Shown in pieces: positions 12,851 through 25,382 of a stretch of DNA of 64,000 bases (the stretch's first letter is position 1; every line of letters starts with the position of its first letter). The notes beneath the pieces were generated by a model. The model had not been told where the DNA came from, made no database searches, and worked only from the letters and a program-made list of their open reading frames with translations. A program made the translations under genes and the position numbers. This DNA comes from Rozella allomycis CSF55 (taxonomy: Eukaryota), in assembly GCA_000442015.1 (NCBI GenBank), contig KE561209.1, positions 62,001 to 126,000 on the forward strand, written 5' to 3'.

Positions 12851-14571
12851 ATGTCTATGATTCAATTGACCGTCCAATTGGCTACACAAAATCCTCAAGA
12901 TGTAGATCCTGAGACTCTAGTATTCACATAATCTCCGCCTTAATTTTTAGGTATTTTTGGTTATATTGACCAGCGGCCCTAAGAAGTTGGTCATTTCCTC
13001 GCATGCTAGCTCCATTTTCCATCTGGATGAGATTGTAAATGAATTATTTTAAATTGAAGAAAGTTACGACGGAATTATCCAACGGAGATGGCCAATGTTC
13101 CCGATGTAAAGAAATACTTCACCATGCATTCATCAAACAAGTTAGTCAAATCCCTCAAAAATTTATGGGTGAAGAAGAACAAGACTCAACCTGTCGCTAA
13201 CAACATTCAGGATTTACTTGATAAGCTTGCCTCGTATTTTCAATTGTTGTTGACAAGCAATACAATTGCCCAGTCTAATGAATTTAGGGGATTCATGAAG
13301 GTTGATTACAATACGACTACTGCTGAACCACAGCATACAACTTTATCGCAAAACATTTTACACCAAACAAAATCTACATTTGATCGTCCTATGAAGACGA
13401 ATCAAAAAACACATTTGGATTCTTTTGAAATAATAAAGGTTCTTGGAAAAGGTAGTATGGGAAAAGTAATGCTTGTCAGAGAAAAATCTTCGGGCAAATT
13501 GTTCGCTTTGAAAAGCATTCATAAAAATTGGGTGGTGAAACACAGAGAAATTGAACATACGATATCTGAAAGAAACATTCTTGTAAAAATAAGGGAGATG
13601 AATCACCCATTTTTAATGAAACTTCACCAATCCTTTCAAACAGACACTGAATTGTTTCTTGTGATAGACTATTATCCTGGAGGAGACTTGGCAACACAAT
13701 TGGCACGTTTCTATAAATTCGATGAAGAAAGAGCTAGATTTTACGCTGCTGAAATGGTAATCTTTATTATTAATGTAGACAGATATTGGGTATTAAAGAA
13801 CTCCATAGAAATGGTGTTGTCTATCGAGATTTGAAACCTGAAAATGTGCTCTTAGCTAATACAGGTATCTAAGATGTTTTTATGGAATAGGTCATCTTGT
13901 CTTGACCGACTTTGGATTAAGCAAAATGTTTAGAGACGAGAGTAAAACTACTACCTTCTGTGGAACTGCTGAATACCTCGCACCTGAAATCTTAACTAGT
14001 TTGGCTTATGATTACAAAGTTGATCTTTGGTCTTTTGGTACCTTGTTGTATGAAATGTTGGTGGGCATCGTAAATTTTTATCCCATCACTTTTTCAGACA
14101 CCTTTCTGGGCTGACAATCAATCTGTAATGTATCAAAGGGTCTTATCAGCTAATTTGGAATTCCCCGAAGATATTTCTCAAGATGCCAAAGATTTAATCA
14201 GCAAGCTATTGGTAAGAGGCGCGCATAATAGGCTTGATTGCGATGGTGTCCAGAACCACCCCTTTTTCAAAGGCGTTAATTGGGATGATGTGTATTCATT
14301 GAAACTAAAGCCTCCTTATGTTCCATCTATTAAAAATGAATGCGACTTGAGTAATTTCGATGACAACTTTACAATGATGCTGCCAGGGGTTACTCCTTCC
14401 GCTCATGTATTAAGCCCATCAATGCAAAAGAATTTCTTTGGATTTTCATATAGTGAAAATAACATGAAAACAACACCTACTAACGAAAACAACGATAGCG
14501 TATCTTCAAAGTCCAAAGACTCCCCAGCTCCAATGAATGGCGACTCAGATACAATTATGAGCGCCTTTTAG
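12851..14571 (+). CDS. AGC Ser/Thr kinase with N-terminal PX-like domain (SGK/Akt/Ypk group), 5 introns
   Basis: [34 protein letters not shown], hydrophobic motif FFGFSY. The N-terminus ends in PX-like L..YFQLLL...SNEFRGFM. Confidence 0.88.
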
Positions 14572-14672
14572 GATATGCATGTTGTATAATAAACATCAAT
14601 TTACTCCATCGTTTTTTGTTTCACATTGCATCGATATGCCATATATAGTAAGCTTTCGGAACATTAATCTAA

Positions 14673-16079
<1,407 letters not shown>

Positions 16080-16173
16080 TAAAGTCTTTTTTCGACCTAT
16101 TTTCGACTGTATCAATCTTTAATTAACAAATATTTTTACCATTTTCGTGTCAATAGTGGCGAAGCCAATTTCG

Positions 16174-17352
16174 ATGTCATTTTCAATCAGGAGGTTTGGC
16201 ATTTCGAGCAGTTTAGCTAAAATATTATTTGCTGGATGTTTAATTGGACTAATGACATCTTATGTTTTTTATTTGAGCCGGACTGAAACAACAGAGCCAA
16301 TGGTGCAAGTAACCAAAAGCCAGATGATTGTTGATGAATCACTACCAGTTTTGGTCTACACGGTACTCGGCACAACTATAAAGTATCAATATTATATTTG
16401 GCAATCAATAAAACAAGCTAGAGTTTTAAACCCGTTGAATAGAATAATCGTCATTTTTCACCTTGAAGGATATGAAAATTCAAAGACTGAAATCGAACAA
16501 AATCAAAAAGAATTTAATTTTGAAATTGTATTTTATGACGATTTGGCCAAGACGTCAAAATTAATCGAAGAGTTCCGAAGCAATTTCTTTGTGTTAGCTG
16601 ATATGGTTCCCATTGACGGGAACAAAGATTTTGTCAGGTTTACTACGGAACGACTTATTATACTAAATGAATTGGCGCTATCTTATAATTTGAAAAATGT
16701 GTTTCACCTTGAAAATGATAACATGGTAAGATGGCTACATTTCCTTTAATAGATGTATATTGAAATGAAAGACATGATTCCTTACTTTGAAACCTGTAAC
16801 ATCGGAGTTGCAATACCAATAATTGACGTTAACCAAGCGGCAGTCAGCATAATCTATTTTCGAGAGGCTAAGGATATTGAATCATTGGGTCAATTTATTA
16901 TATCAATGTATAAAAAGGGGCGAGCAGGATTAGAAGATTACATGAAAACAAACGCTATTAATGATATGACGTTAGTTTACAAGTATCTCTCGGAAGTAAA
17001 TAAATCGGAAACAAACAGAAGAGTCACTACATTTCCAACTTGGATAATCAAAGAAAATGATAATTGCTTGTGGAATGAGAAAAAGGTTATATATGATGGC
17101 GCGGCAATCGGACAATACTTTGGGGGTACCCATGTTGATCCTCACGCTCGATGGTATGAACCACAAAGACCTTTTAAAGAACTCAAAGGTAAAATATTGA
17201 TTTGGAAGCCATGTGTTTCCAATAAGTCGGCTTTTTGTCCCTGGATTGATGATAGATTAGTTGTGAATCTTCACATTCATTCAAAACAATTGCAACGGTT
17301 TTATTCTTTAAATCCTGAAATCAGTGATGTATCAAAATATGATGGTCAATAA
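16174..17352 (+). CDS. Putative type II membrane glycosyltransferase-like protein, intron 16726-16752
   Basis: N-terminal TM, HLENDNM (DxD-like), INDM, YDGAAIGQYFGG, NLHIHSK. Confidence 0.55.
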
Positions 17353-17417
17353 ATTGATATCTGATTGGTTAAATTTAAGATTTTATTGAGCCCCTTGCCT
17401 TAGTAACCCGGGTTCCA

Positions 17418-19523
17418 ATGGGACGACAGAGATTGCTTAATCGGATATTGACAGGATTTATTACAATTTACATTTTTTATACCTTTATTTTTATGTTTAT
17501 GCATAACAATCGTGACCTGAATGAAATTCCGAAAAGAGGAACCGTCAAAAGATCTACTTCAGACACAGTTGAGCAAATTCAAACTGATCAAGATAAATTA
17601 AACATGAATGAATATTATTTATTAAGAGAATTGCTAGATAAACAAAAACAAGAAAAGTCAGACCAAGAGATTCACAAAAGTAAAATATTCTTTATCGTTG
17701 TACAGGGAAAAAAATTGAAGAGTTTTCAAAGAAAAAAGAATTTCCTGAAGTTGAATGGAAAGAATTATTTGACTTTTATAGTAATGTTTGGTGCACTGGA
17801 CAGGATCGAGAGTCAAGGTAATGGCCACAATTCTCGTTGAATAAGGATATGCAAGTTTAACAATTTATGTTATGATCCTAATCATGAAAAATTTATCTTT
17901 ATTAAGAGACCACAATCTGTTGAATACAACGTAGGAACGTCCAAAGAACGATCCGAAAAGGGACTACTCGATACAACATCAATCTCAAGTCACAATGCCT
18001 TCTATTGGGACTACGTTCAAGTTGAGGCAGGAACATATAATCCAGGAAAAATAAGATATGTTGAAGACCTCACTTTTATGTTTTATCGATTTCTTGCTGT
18101 CAACATAATGCATTCGTTGCATGACGATTTCTTTAATCTGTTTCACACTATCAGAGAGTTTGGGGACTCTGTATTCGAGGCCAGTGAATCATTTTCTAGA
18201 GATAATAACATTCTTTTCTTGGATCATCTTGGTTTTTCTGACTATTCACATATTTTTCAATCATTGACGAATAAACCACTTTTACTCAAGAACACACATC
18301 TTAATAGGCAAGACAAGCAAGTTACCTGTTTCACTAACGCAGTTGTTGGCATTTCTAAAAGAATGAGTTGGTATCACTATGGCTTTGGTTCTCCTCAAGG
18401 TCCAATTTTGAATAAGGAGGTTGACGGATTTGAACTTCGAGAAGCCACAAAAGCCTTATTTAATCATTACAATATTCCATATCATTATTACCCAGCTGTC
18501 AGAAAATCTTTGCGAGGAATATTGGCTTCCAGGGGCATCCAAAATGCTGATGAGACTGATAGTACAACTCCATCATTACCTAGGTGCATCGTAATATATT
18601 CTAGAAGAGGCGACAGATTAATTTTAAATGAAGATGAGCTTTCAAAGGCATTAGAAGCAGAATATTCATTGCCAGTGAAATTTTTAAGAATGGAAGACAA
18701 TTCTCTTGAAGAACAAATTAATATTTTACGAACGGCTTTAATAGCTATTGGGATGCACGGGTCTATGCTTATTATGAGTGTCTTCATGCCACCTGGTTCG
18801 ATATTGATAGAGTTATATCCATACGCTGTTCCTTCTGAAAACTATACCCCTTATAAAACTATGTCAAATATTAAAGGCATTGATCTTGTATATTCAGCGT
18901 GGGAGGTAACATTAATTGACCCCTATAATAGAATAAACATCAAGAAAACAATAGACCTCATCCAGAAAGACCCTCTCATCACGGAGGAATCCGTCATTTG
19001 TCAAAAGAAGAACAGGATAAAATACTAAACACAATTACTGTTCCTTTGCATACCTGTTGTACAAATCCGTATTGGTTGTTCAGGATATACCAAGACACAA
19101 TTGTTGATATCCGGGAGATAATTTCAATAATTGACAAAAAGCTTCCTGAAACTCTAAAAACAATGGAAATTCACGAAAATCGCTTGAAACGAGACTCAGG
19201 TAAAACATTGCCTTCAGCAATCAAGACTAGAAGTTGTACCAACAACACCTGAAAATGTTTCATGTAATATTGAAAATGGTTCTTTGCAGATAAAATGGAA
19301 TGAGGTTTGGAACACAAAGTCTATTGATAAATATGGCATTTGGATGCATCAAACATTTAAAGAGTATTTTACACAAGATAACAATTTTGCATTGGACAAT
19401 GTGGATTGCATAAAGCATGATCAATATGATATTTGGGTACGTGCATATTATAGTCGCGAAGGAGAACAATTTTTCACTCCTTGGACTGAGAAAACGTCTT
19501 GTAAATGCAATAACAAGCAATAA
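17418..19523 (+). CDS. POMGNT2: POMGNT2/GTDC2-like GT61 glycosyltransferase with C-terminal FnIII-like domain, 4 introns
   Basis: CKFNNLCY, NIMHSLHDD, WYHYGFGSPQGP, GMHGS..IELYPYAVPSENYTPYKT, HPERPSHHGGIRHL, CCTNPYWLFRIYQDT, YDIWVR; all parallel human POMGNT2 motifs. Confidence 0.88.
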
Positions 19524-19555
19524 AAAGCCGTCATTTATTTTTATGCTTTTCTTAA

Positions 19556-21030
19556 TTAAATTGTGACGCTTGCTGTCAATGGCCGTTTTGATGATTTAAT
19601 TGGTGGTAAAACTTTTCTACCTCCTACTCCTGATGGAGGCCTTAAGTGTATAAAACTAGATGAAATATCGTTTAGTTTCGATTTTAACACCAATTTGAAG
19701 CACACTAATAACCTTGTGTTTGATTTTAAGGACTTTAGGATTTCCATGAGATCTAATTCTAAAAAGTCTCTGGTTCCGTCGAAATTGTATAATGAGTCAA
19801 TAATGTCATTTAATAGCTGACTGCACCATTGGAGGTTAAAGATTTCAGACGCTGTTTTCCAGTCGAAAAATTCACTATCTCTGATATCTGATGCCCCCGA
19901 TAAATCTAATGATAGAATGTAATCTATAAATTTCAATACAATTTTCTTTTTTGACTTGTGAATTTTTCTCAAAGTTAGTATTATCAAGTCCACCAATGAT
20001 TTCTTATTTGCTTCCTTGTAATACATTATCAATAAAATGTCCATAAAGTTCAAGAATTGCGTAATATCTTCGTTGAATATCCAATTTAAGCAGACTTTTG
20101 TGACCCATGACATGTACTGATGTGATTCTTGATAAAGAGGTTCATTCTTAACCTTATTCAAGTCAGTTATTCTTCGAGGAACAATGATCTGTATTCTCCA
20201 CAAAACTTTCCCTGCCAAAACATTACTTAGAATTTTAGATTGACAAATAAAGTTTACGTCTGTCCCATTGTACCTTAAGAGTTCCTTGTGAAAGTTAACC
20301 AATAACTTTAGGGTCAAGTCATCTAAATTATTGTCGGAGCTACCATTTGTTGCGTTTGAAGAGTTTACTTTTGTAGAAGCTGAATGCCGTACTTCAGATA
20401 ATCAAAGCTCCTATGATTAATGCTGCATATATTGAATTTCATTGATCGCATTTTATGCTCGAATGCCAATGGTCTTACAAAGGGTTTTGAGAGTACAAGG
20501 CAAAATGGTAATTGTATGATTCCATTTGAAAGATTATTATGTAGTTTCATTAAAGATATTAGAGCTTCTAAAATATCTTCATTAAATTTAGAATCGCTGT
20601 TGTTTAAATATCGGAAGTAGAATGTCCGAAAACTTATCGAAAGTTGTGTTATCAATCTTGGCAAGTTAATTTCAAGAAGCATTTCAAATAAAATATTATA
20701 CAGTTTAAAATAATACAAAGAGAATCTGAATTCCATTTGAACTATTAATTGTTCGTGAAATGGACAAAAAATGTTCGCTACGTCTTGAATGCACTGTTTG
20801 TCGCTGGATCTTCCAATCAAAGTTAAATAAAAAAGAAGGATCTGCATCCAAAGTTCTCTTAAAGTTGCCGAAGAGAAAAATTCAAAGCATTCGACTAGAC
20901 TTATTATTGACTTTACTAAATCATTCGCATTGTTATCACTTTCGCGAGTTATTCTGTTCATAAATGCTTTTGTGATTGCTTCTCGTTGCAGAATATCTAG
21001 ATATTTAAAAGTGCTTAGAAGGTCATGCAT
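19556..21030 (-). CDS. Hypothetical helical (HEAT-like?) protein, 1 intron
   Basis: ORFs 20365-21051 and 19556-20317 join via a 29-nt GT-AG intron; Leu-rich; start uncertain. Confidence 0.55.
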
Positions 21031-21056
21031 TCTCCCTAGAAACGAGAACAATATTA

Positions 21057-22019
21057 TTAAACCTCATTTATTAATTCATTGAAAAAAGCATTAATTCTGT
21101 TAGATAATTTTGATACTACTAAATTAACAGTGGTTTCTAGCGCAAAAAATACACAACTTACAAGTACAAACGACAAGCTCGTATTTCTTACTGGAAGTTT
21201 TAAAAACGAGTCTTTCATTCGATATATGACATAAATTTCTATTGGAGCCATCATTAATTGCACGCCCAGACAGAATAAATGTTGCCTAAATTCGCCCTTG
21301 ACGTTTTTCAACTTTGATGTCAATGTTTGATCAATGATGTGCGAGAATAAAAAAGTGGGAAAGAGCAATGATTGCAAAGAAGTAAGTTTCCATTGCCAAG
21401 AAAATGATTCACCGAATAGGCGTTTTTGGAAAGAATTGAATAGAAAAGGATACTGAAGAGAAAAAGAAACCCTATATCTGTAGAAACTTTAGTCTACTTG
21501 TCAATTATAAAGTCTACTTGATCCATTTTCCTTTGTTCGACCATTATATCAAGCGGTATCTGAGATCGCAGTAAAGATTTACTTATAATCATGGCAAAAT
21601 CTGCCATTAATGATAATCCCAATCCGCTATATATGCTGTTATGGAACATTGAGATGTTTGCCATAGTGAAGCTAAAACGAGTAAATTACTTGATAACGAT
21701 GTCTCAATGTCATCAAGGGATAGCAAATCGCGATTCGGATCGTTGATTTTACAAGAGCAGAGAGACCATCCGCTATTATACCCAATTCAAACTAACAATT
21801 TTTTTAGAGTTATTTACAGATCTTTCTTCATGAAGATCATCAACGCTTGAATTCAAAACATTGTTTGTCTCTAATAAAGAATTCCGGACAATATCTGTTG
21901 CTGACTGAAGCATGTCATCGGAGCCATGGATTTCAAAGTGAAGTGTAATTAGTTGTTTTACTAGACTTTGAGAAAGAATTATGGGTAAACTCTGGAATCT
22001 GTAATAAGCGTGTACTCAT
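21057..22019 (-). CDS. Degenerate mitochondrial-carrier-fold protein (SLC25A46/Ugo1/MTCH-like)
   Basis: Spliced translation gives three Px[DE]xx[RK]-like motifs (YPLMTLRHRYQ, YPFLFNSFQKR, APIEIYVIYRM) plus SIYSGLG. It requires 4 tiny introns, one ending in TG. Confidence 0.5.
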
Positions 22020-22053
22020 GAATGAAATTTCAGATAAATGAAGGTAAGTTTAT

Positions 22054-25000
22054 TTAATTTAATTCTGATATTTGAACATTAGGCGGGAAAATAATGCCAT
22101 CACTAAGAATGCGATATGCCGTTGCCGAAATTTCGTTGTATGAACTTTGATTTTTCAAGAGCAATAATTGTTCAATAATAAATTGAGCATTGATGATATT
22201 GTGTTTGTAAAAAGAATTCATAATTCTATAAGCGTTGTAATATTTCAGAGCAATGAATTGATTGAACCTTGCTTCATTGAAATAAATTTTCGGTAGTTCG
22301 AACAAATGATTGATTAAAGTTTGGAGAGTCAAATTAAATTCATCTGCCAAAGAAAGTACAAGCCTTGTAAAAGAATGAACATGCTCCAAATTTGTTTGCC
22401 ATAATGTGAATATCATGAGAGATTCCAAAACAGATTCAGGGATGATATTTGAGTTTTGTAAAAGAGTTCGCGACAATTCAAAAAGAGAGATTCTATTGCC
22501 ACATTCGGATAAAATATTCATAAAGTCGTGAGGTGAAATACTTTGAATATTTTCAAAATCACTTGGTTGCACATATTGAACTTTAGGAAAAATAGGCTCA
22601 GCGTGTGCAGATGCAGGAATTTCAGAATTCAAAATGATATCAATTGAATCTTCATCACTAATATCACTATAAACATCGTTATAAGAATCAAAATCTTCGC
22701 TAGACATAATCATTTGACAGATTGGGTGAGAAAAGTCATCAAATTCTAAATCTTGGATTATTTTCTTTTTAGGTTCTGAAATTTCATCTGGAAGTTGTAA
22801 ATTTCTAACAAGACCTTTGTATTTTTCATTCAACTTGAATAGACCAGGATGATCAAATAAAACATAATCAAAAGATCTTAAAAGAGATATAATAGACAAA
22901 TATTCTTTAATTTCATCCAAAGATAATTCTAATTCAGCTAAAAAACTCAGACAATTGCTAATTATCAGAGAGTTTCCTTCTTTCAATTTTTTCTTACAAA
23001 AATCTTCAACTTGATCTTTATTTAAGGAAATCAATTCATTGGATTCAAACTCGTTTACCAATCTGTGCATCAATTCAAATCCATTTTCCTTTGCGAAAAT
23101 AAGTGGAATTATTTCATCAGAGTCCAGGTAACTTGATAGGCGATTTAATAGAGAGGAAATTGTTTCAACATTTAATTCGCTTCTCTTTAACTGATAAATG
23201 ACGTCGAGGGGCTCCAATTTTGATAATTTTTGAGTCTTTGGGGTCACTTTAGTTTGCTCCGCGTGCTTTTCATCTGTATTAATCATTTTAGTTTTGCTTG
23301 TAGCATTAGGGTTTATTTTTTTATTCTTATTATGTTTAGTTTTATTTCTATTGCTTTTAACATTTCTATTGATAGATTTTGATTCTATATCTACTGAAGT
23401 TTCATTATCTTTTAAAGGAATTGGATTATTTTCTTTATCATCTTCTTTTAATTCAAAGTTCTCTAATTGCTCTGTAATTTTATCAACTCTTGACTTTTTT
23501 GATTTCTTCTTTTTGCTATGTGACGGCTCAATTGAATCAAAAAGTGAATCTTGCAATTCTTTTAGTTTTTGATTTTCTCTATTTTCATGAAAATTCTTCC
23601 AATCGTCCAATGCAGGGGTGTGTCTTTTCAAGAACTGCTCAAACGTTTCACCAAAGAAATTCACTCTAGTTAAAGCGTCCGGACAATTATTTATAATAAA
23701 CTCATAGAGCTTTTCATCAACAATAGGATTAGAAGAGACTAGTATATTTAAAGGCGAATGATTAAATAGGAATTTTCCTTTCAATGCCTTTATCACAGAC
23801 GTTTTATCAAGTCTTAATAATAAATCTGCATGCTTGCTAAACAAGATATGCTCAATCACACTATTTTTCATTCCATATTTATAGTCCAAAGGATACAACC
23901 CTGATTCAATTAATGTTACAACACAATCTACACAATTTCTTAATGAATACTCAAATAATGTTTCCCCAAATGTTATAGTCCTTAACAATGGATATTTCGA
24001 TTTCGGCAATTTGGAAAGAACAAGCGATACCATTTCATTGCTGTTTCCAGTTATCGCCAAGTACAGGAAATTTCTACCTTTAGAAGATCTTTTGAAAAAT
24101 GCATCCGGGAAATAATCCAACAAGATGGAAACAAAGTCCAACTCTATATTTGGATTATTAAACAACATCATTGGGTACGAAAGACACTCATTCACTTCTT
24201 TAACATGATACTCTAGAATATTCGAGTCGACTGGGAAAATTTCATACATGGCTTTAAAAAACTCTGGCAAAGAATTAATAATGACGTAATGATAAATGGC
24301 ATGAATCATTATCATATCTGTTGTAAAATCAATCATTATTGCAATAACCTCTTTAAATCCTTCTACATTATTAGCTCTAATAATTTCTATTAAAAATCCT
24401 GGCAAGGCTAAGACACGTTTTTCACAACCATTCTTCCCAATCACTAAATCCATCGTTTGTGATTTCGTATTTGGATTTATTAGCAATAAATCTGATAATC
24501 CATAATCATGAACATAATTCATCACATCAATCCCTCTGGACGTTATTGTATTCAGTGTAATAAACTTTATGCTTAACAAAAACTGAATCATATCAATTCT
24601 ATTCAATTCAAACAAGTAATCAATCATTGATTTACCGTTAACATCCACAGTATGAAACATCCACGAATCCTCTTTTTTAACTTTCTGCACAAGCGTAATC
24701 AAAGAATCAAACCTATTAGAAATGGCTGCCAAAGAACCATAACAAGTCCAAAATGCATTCTTAGAATACACAACCAAGTCATAGTAACTTTCAATAACTC
24801 TTTCCAGATCCTTTGTATCCCCAAGAGTAACCACCCCACCGACATAGTCCAAAGACTGTCCGTTTTTCTTTGAGAAATATAGCTTAGTACTCAAATCCTT
24901 TATATCAGACTTTTTCCTTTTCAACTTTAGCGTAGTCACCTGCAAGTATTTAGAAAAATCTCCAACGTTTTCACCGACATTCACTTCTACTGGGTGCCCA

Positions 25001-25077
25001 ATTAGCCGTAGAGGATTAGGAGATTCGGCATAGATTTTAGATGAAATTAACGAGAAAATTAAAATTATGGTCAACAT
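22054..25077 (-). CDS. Intronless signal-peptide plus degenerate ankyrin-repeat protein (about 1007 aa)
   Basis: MLTIILIFSLISSKIYA signal. Ankyrin-like DVNGKSMIDY, SSKGRNFLYLAITGNSNEMVSLVL and NFFGETFEQF. Basic SKKKKSKK tract. Confidence 0.65.
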   Translation of the reverse strand: MLTIILIFSLISSKIYAESPNPLRLIGHPVEVNVGENVGDFSKYLQVTTLKLKRKKSDIKDLSTKLYFSKKNGQSLDYVGGVVTLGDTKDLERVIESYYDLVVYSKNAFWTCYGSLAAISNRFDSLITLVQKVKKEDSWMFHTVDVNGKSMIDYLFELNRIDMIQFLLSIKFITLNTITSRGIDVMNYVHDYGLSDLLLINPNTKSQTMDLVIGKNGCEKRVLALPGFLIEIIRANNVEGFKEVIAIMIDFTTDMIMIHAIYHYVIINSLPEFFKAMYEIFPVDSNILEYHVKEVNECLSYPMMLFNNPNIELDFVSILLDYFPDAFFKRSSKGRNFLYLAITGNSNEMVSLVLSKLPKSKYPLLRTITFGETLFEYSLRNCVDCVVTLIESGLYPLDYKYGMKNSVIEHILFSKHADLLLRLDKTSVIKALKGKFLFNHSPLNILVSSNPIVDEKLYEFIINNCPDALTRVNFFGETFEQFLKRHTPALDDWKNFHENRENQKLKELQDSLFDSIEPSHSKKKKSKKSRVDKITEQLENFELKEDDKENNPIPLKDNETSVDIESKSINRNVKSNRNKTKHNKNKKINPNATSKTKMINTDEKHAEQTKVTPKTQKLSKLEPLDVIYQLKRSELNVETISSLLNRLSSYLDSDEIIPLIFAKENGFELMHRLVNEFESNELISLNKDQVEDFCKKKLKEGNSLIISNCLSFLAELELSLDEIKEYLSIISLLRSFDYVLFDHPGLFKLNEKYKGLVRNLQLPDEISEPKKKIIQDLEFDDFSHPICQMIMSSEDFDSYNDVYSDISDEDSIDIILNSEIPASAHAEPIFPKVQYVQPSDFENIQSISPHDFMNILSECGNRISLFELSRTLLQNSNIIPESVLESLMIFTLWQTNLEHVHSFTRLVLSLADEFNLTLQTLINHLFELPKIYFNEARFNQFIALKYYNAYRIMNSFYKHNIINAQFIIEQLLLLKNQSSYNEISATAYRILSDGIIFPPNVQISELN

Positions 25078-25382
25078 GCCGCAGAACACGTGCACGTCAT
25101 GGACACTATAATCAGAATTAATTAAGCAAACGCCATTTTCTTAATTTTAAAAATACAAAAAATAATTAATGATTAATGAATGAACACAAAATTTAAATAA
25201 GATTGAATCTGATCTATTACATTAATTGTTTTTACAACAGTACTTCAATTTTAAAAAAAATAAAATATAAACGTATTTATTTAAAAACATAATAAGACCA
25301 TATTCACATTTAAAGATAGACCAACTCAACTCTATTTGTGTCGCCGGTGGCTTAACCAATAATACCCCTGCAGTTTAAAAAA

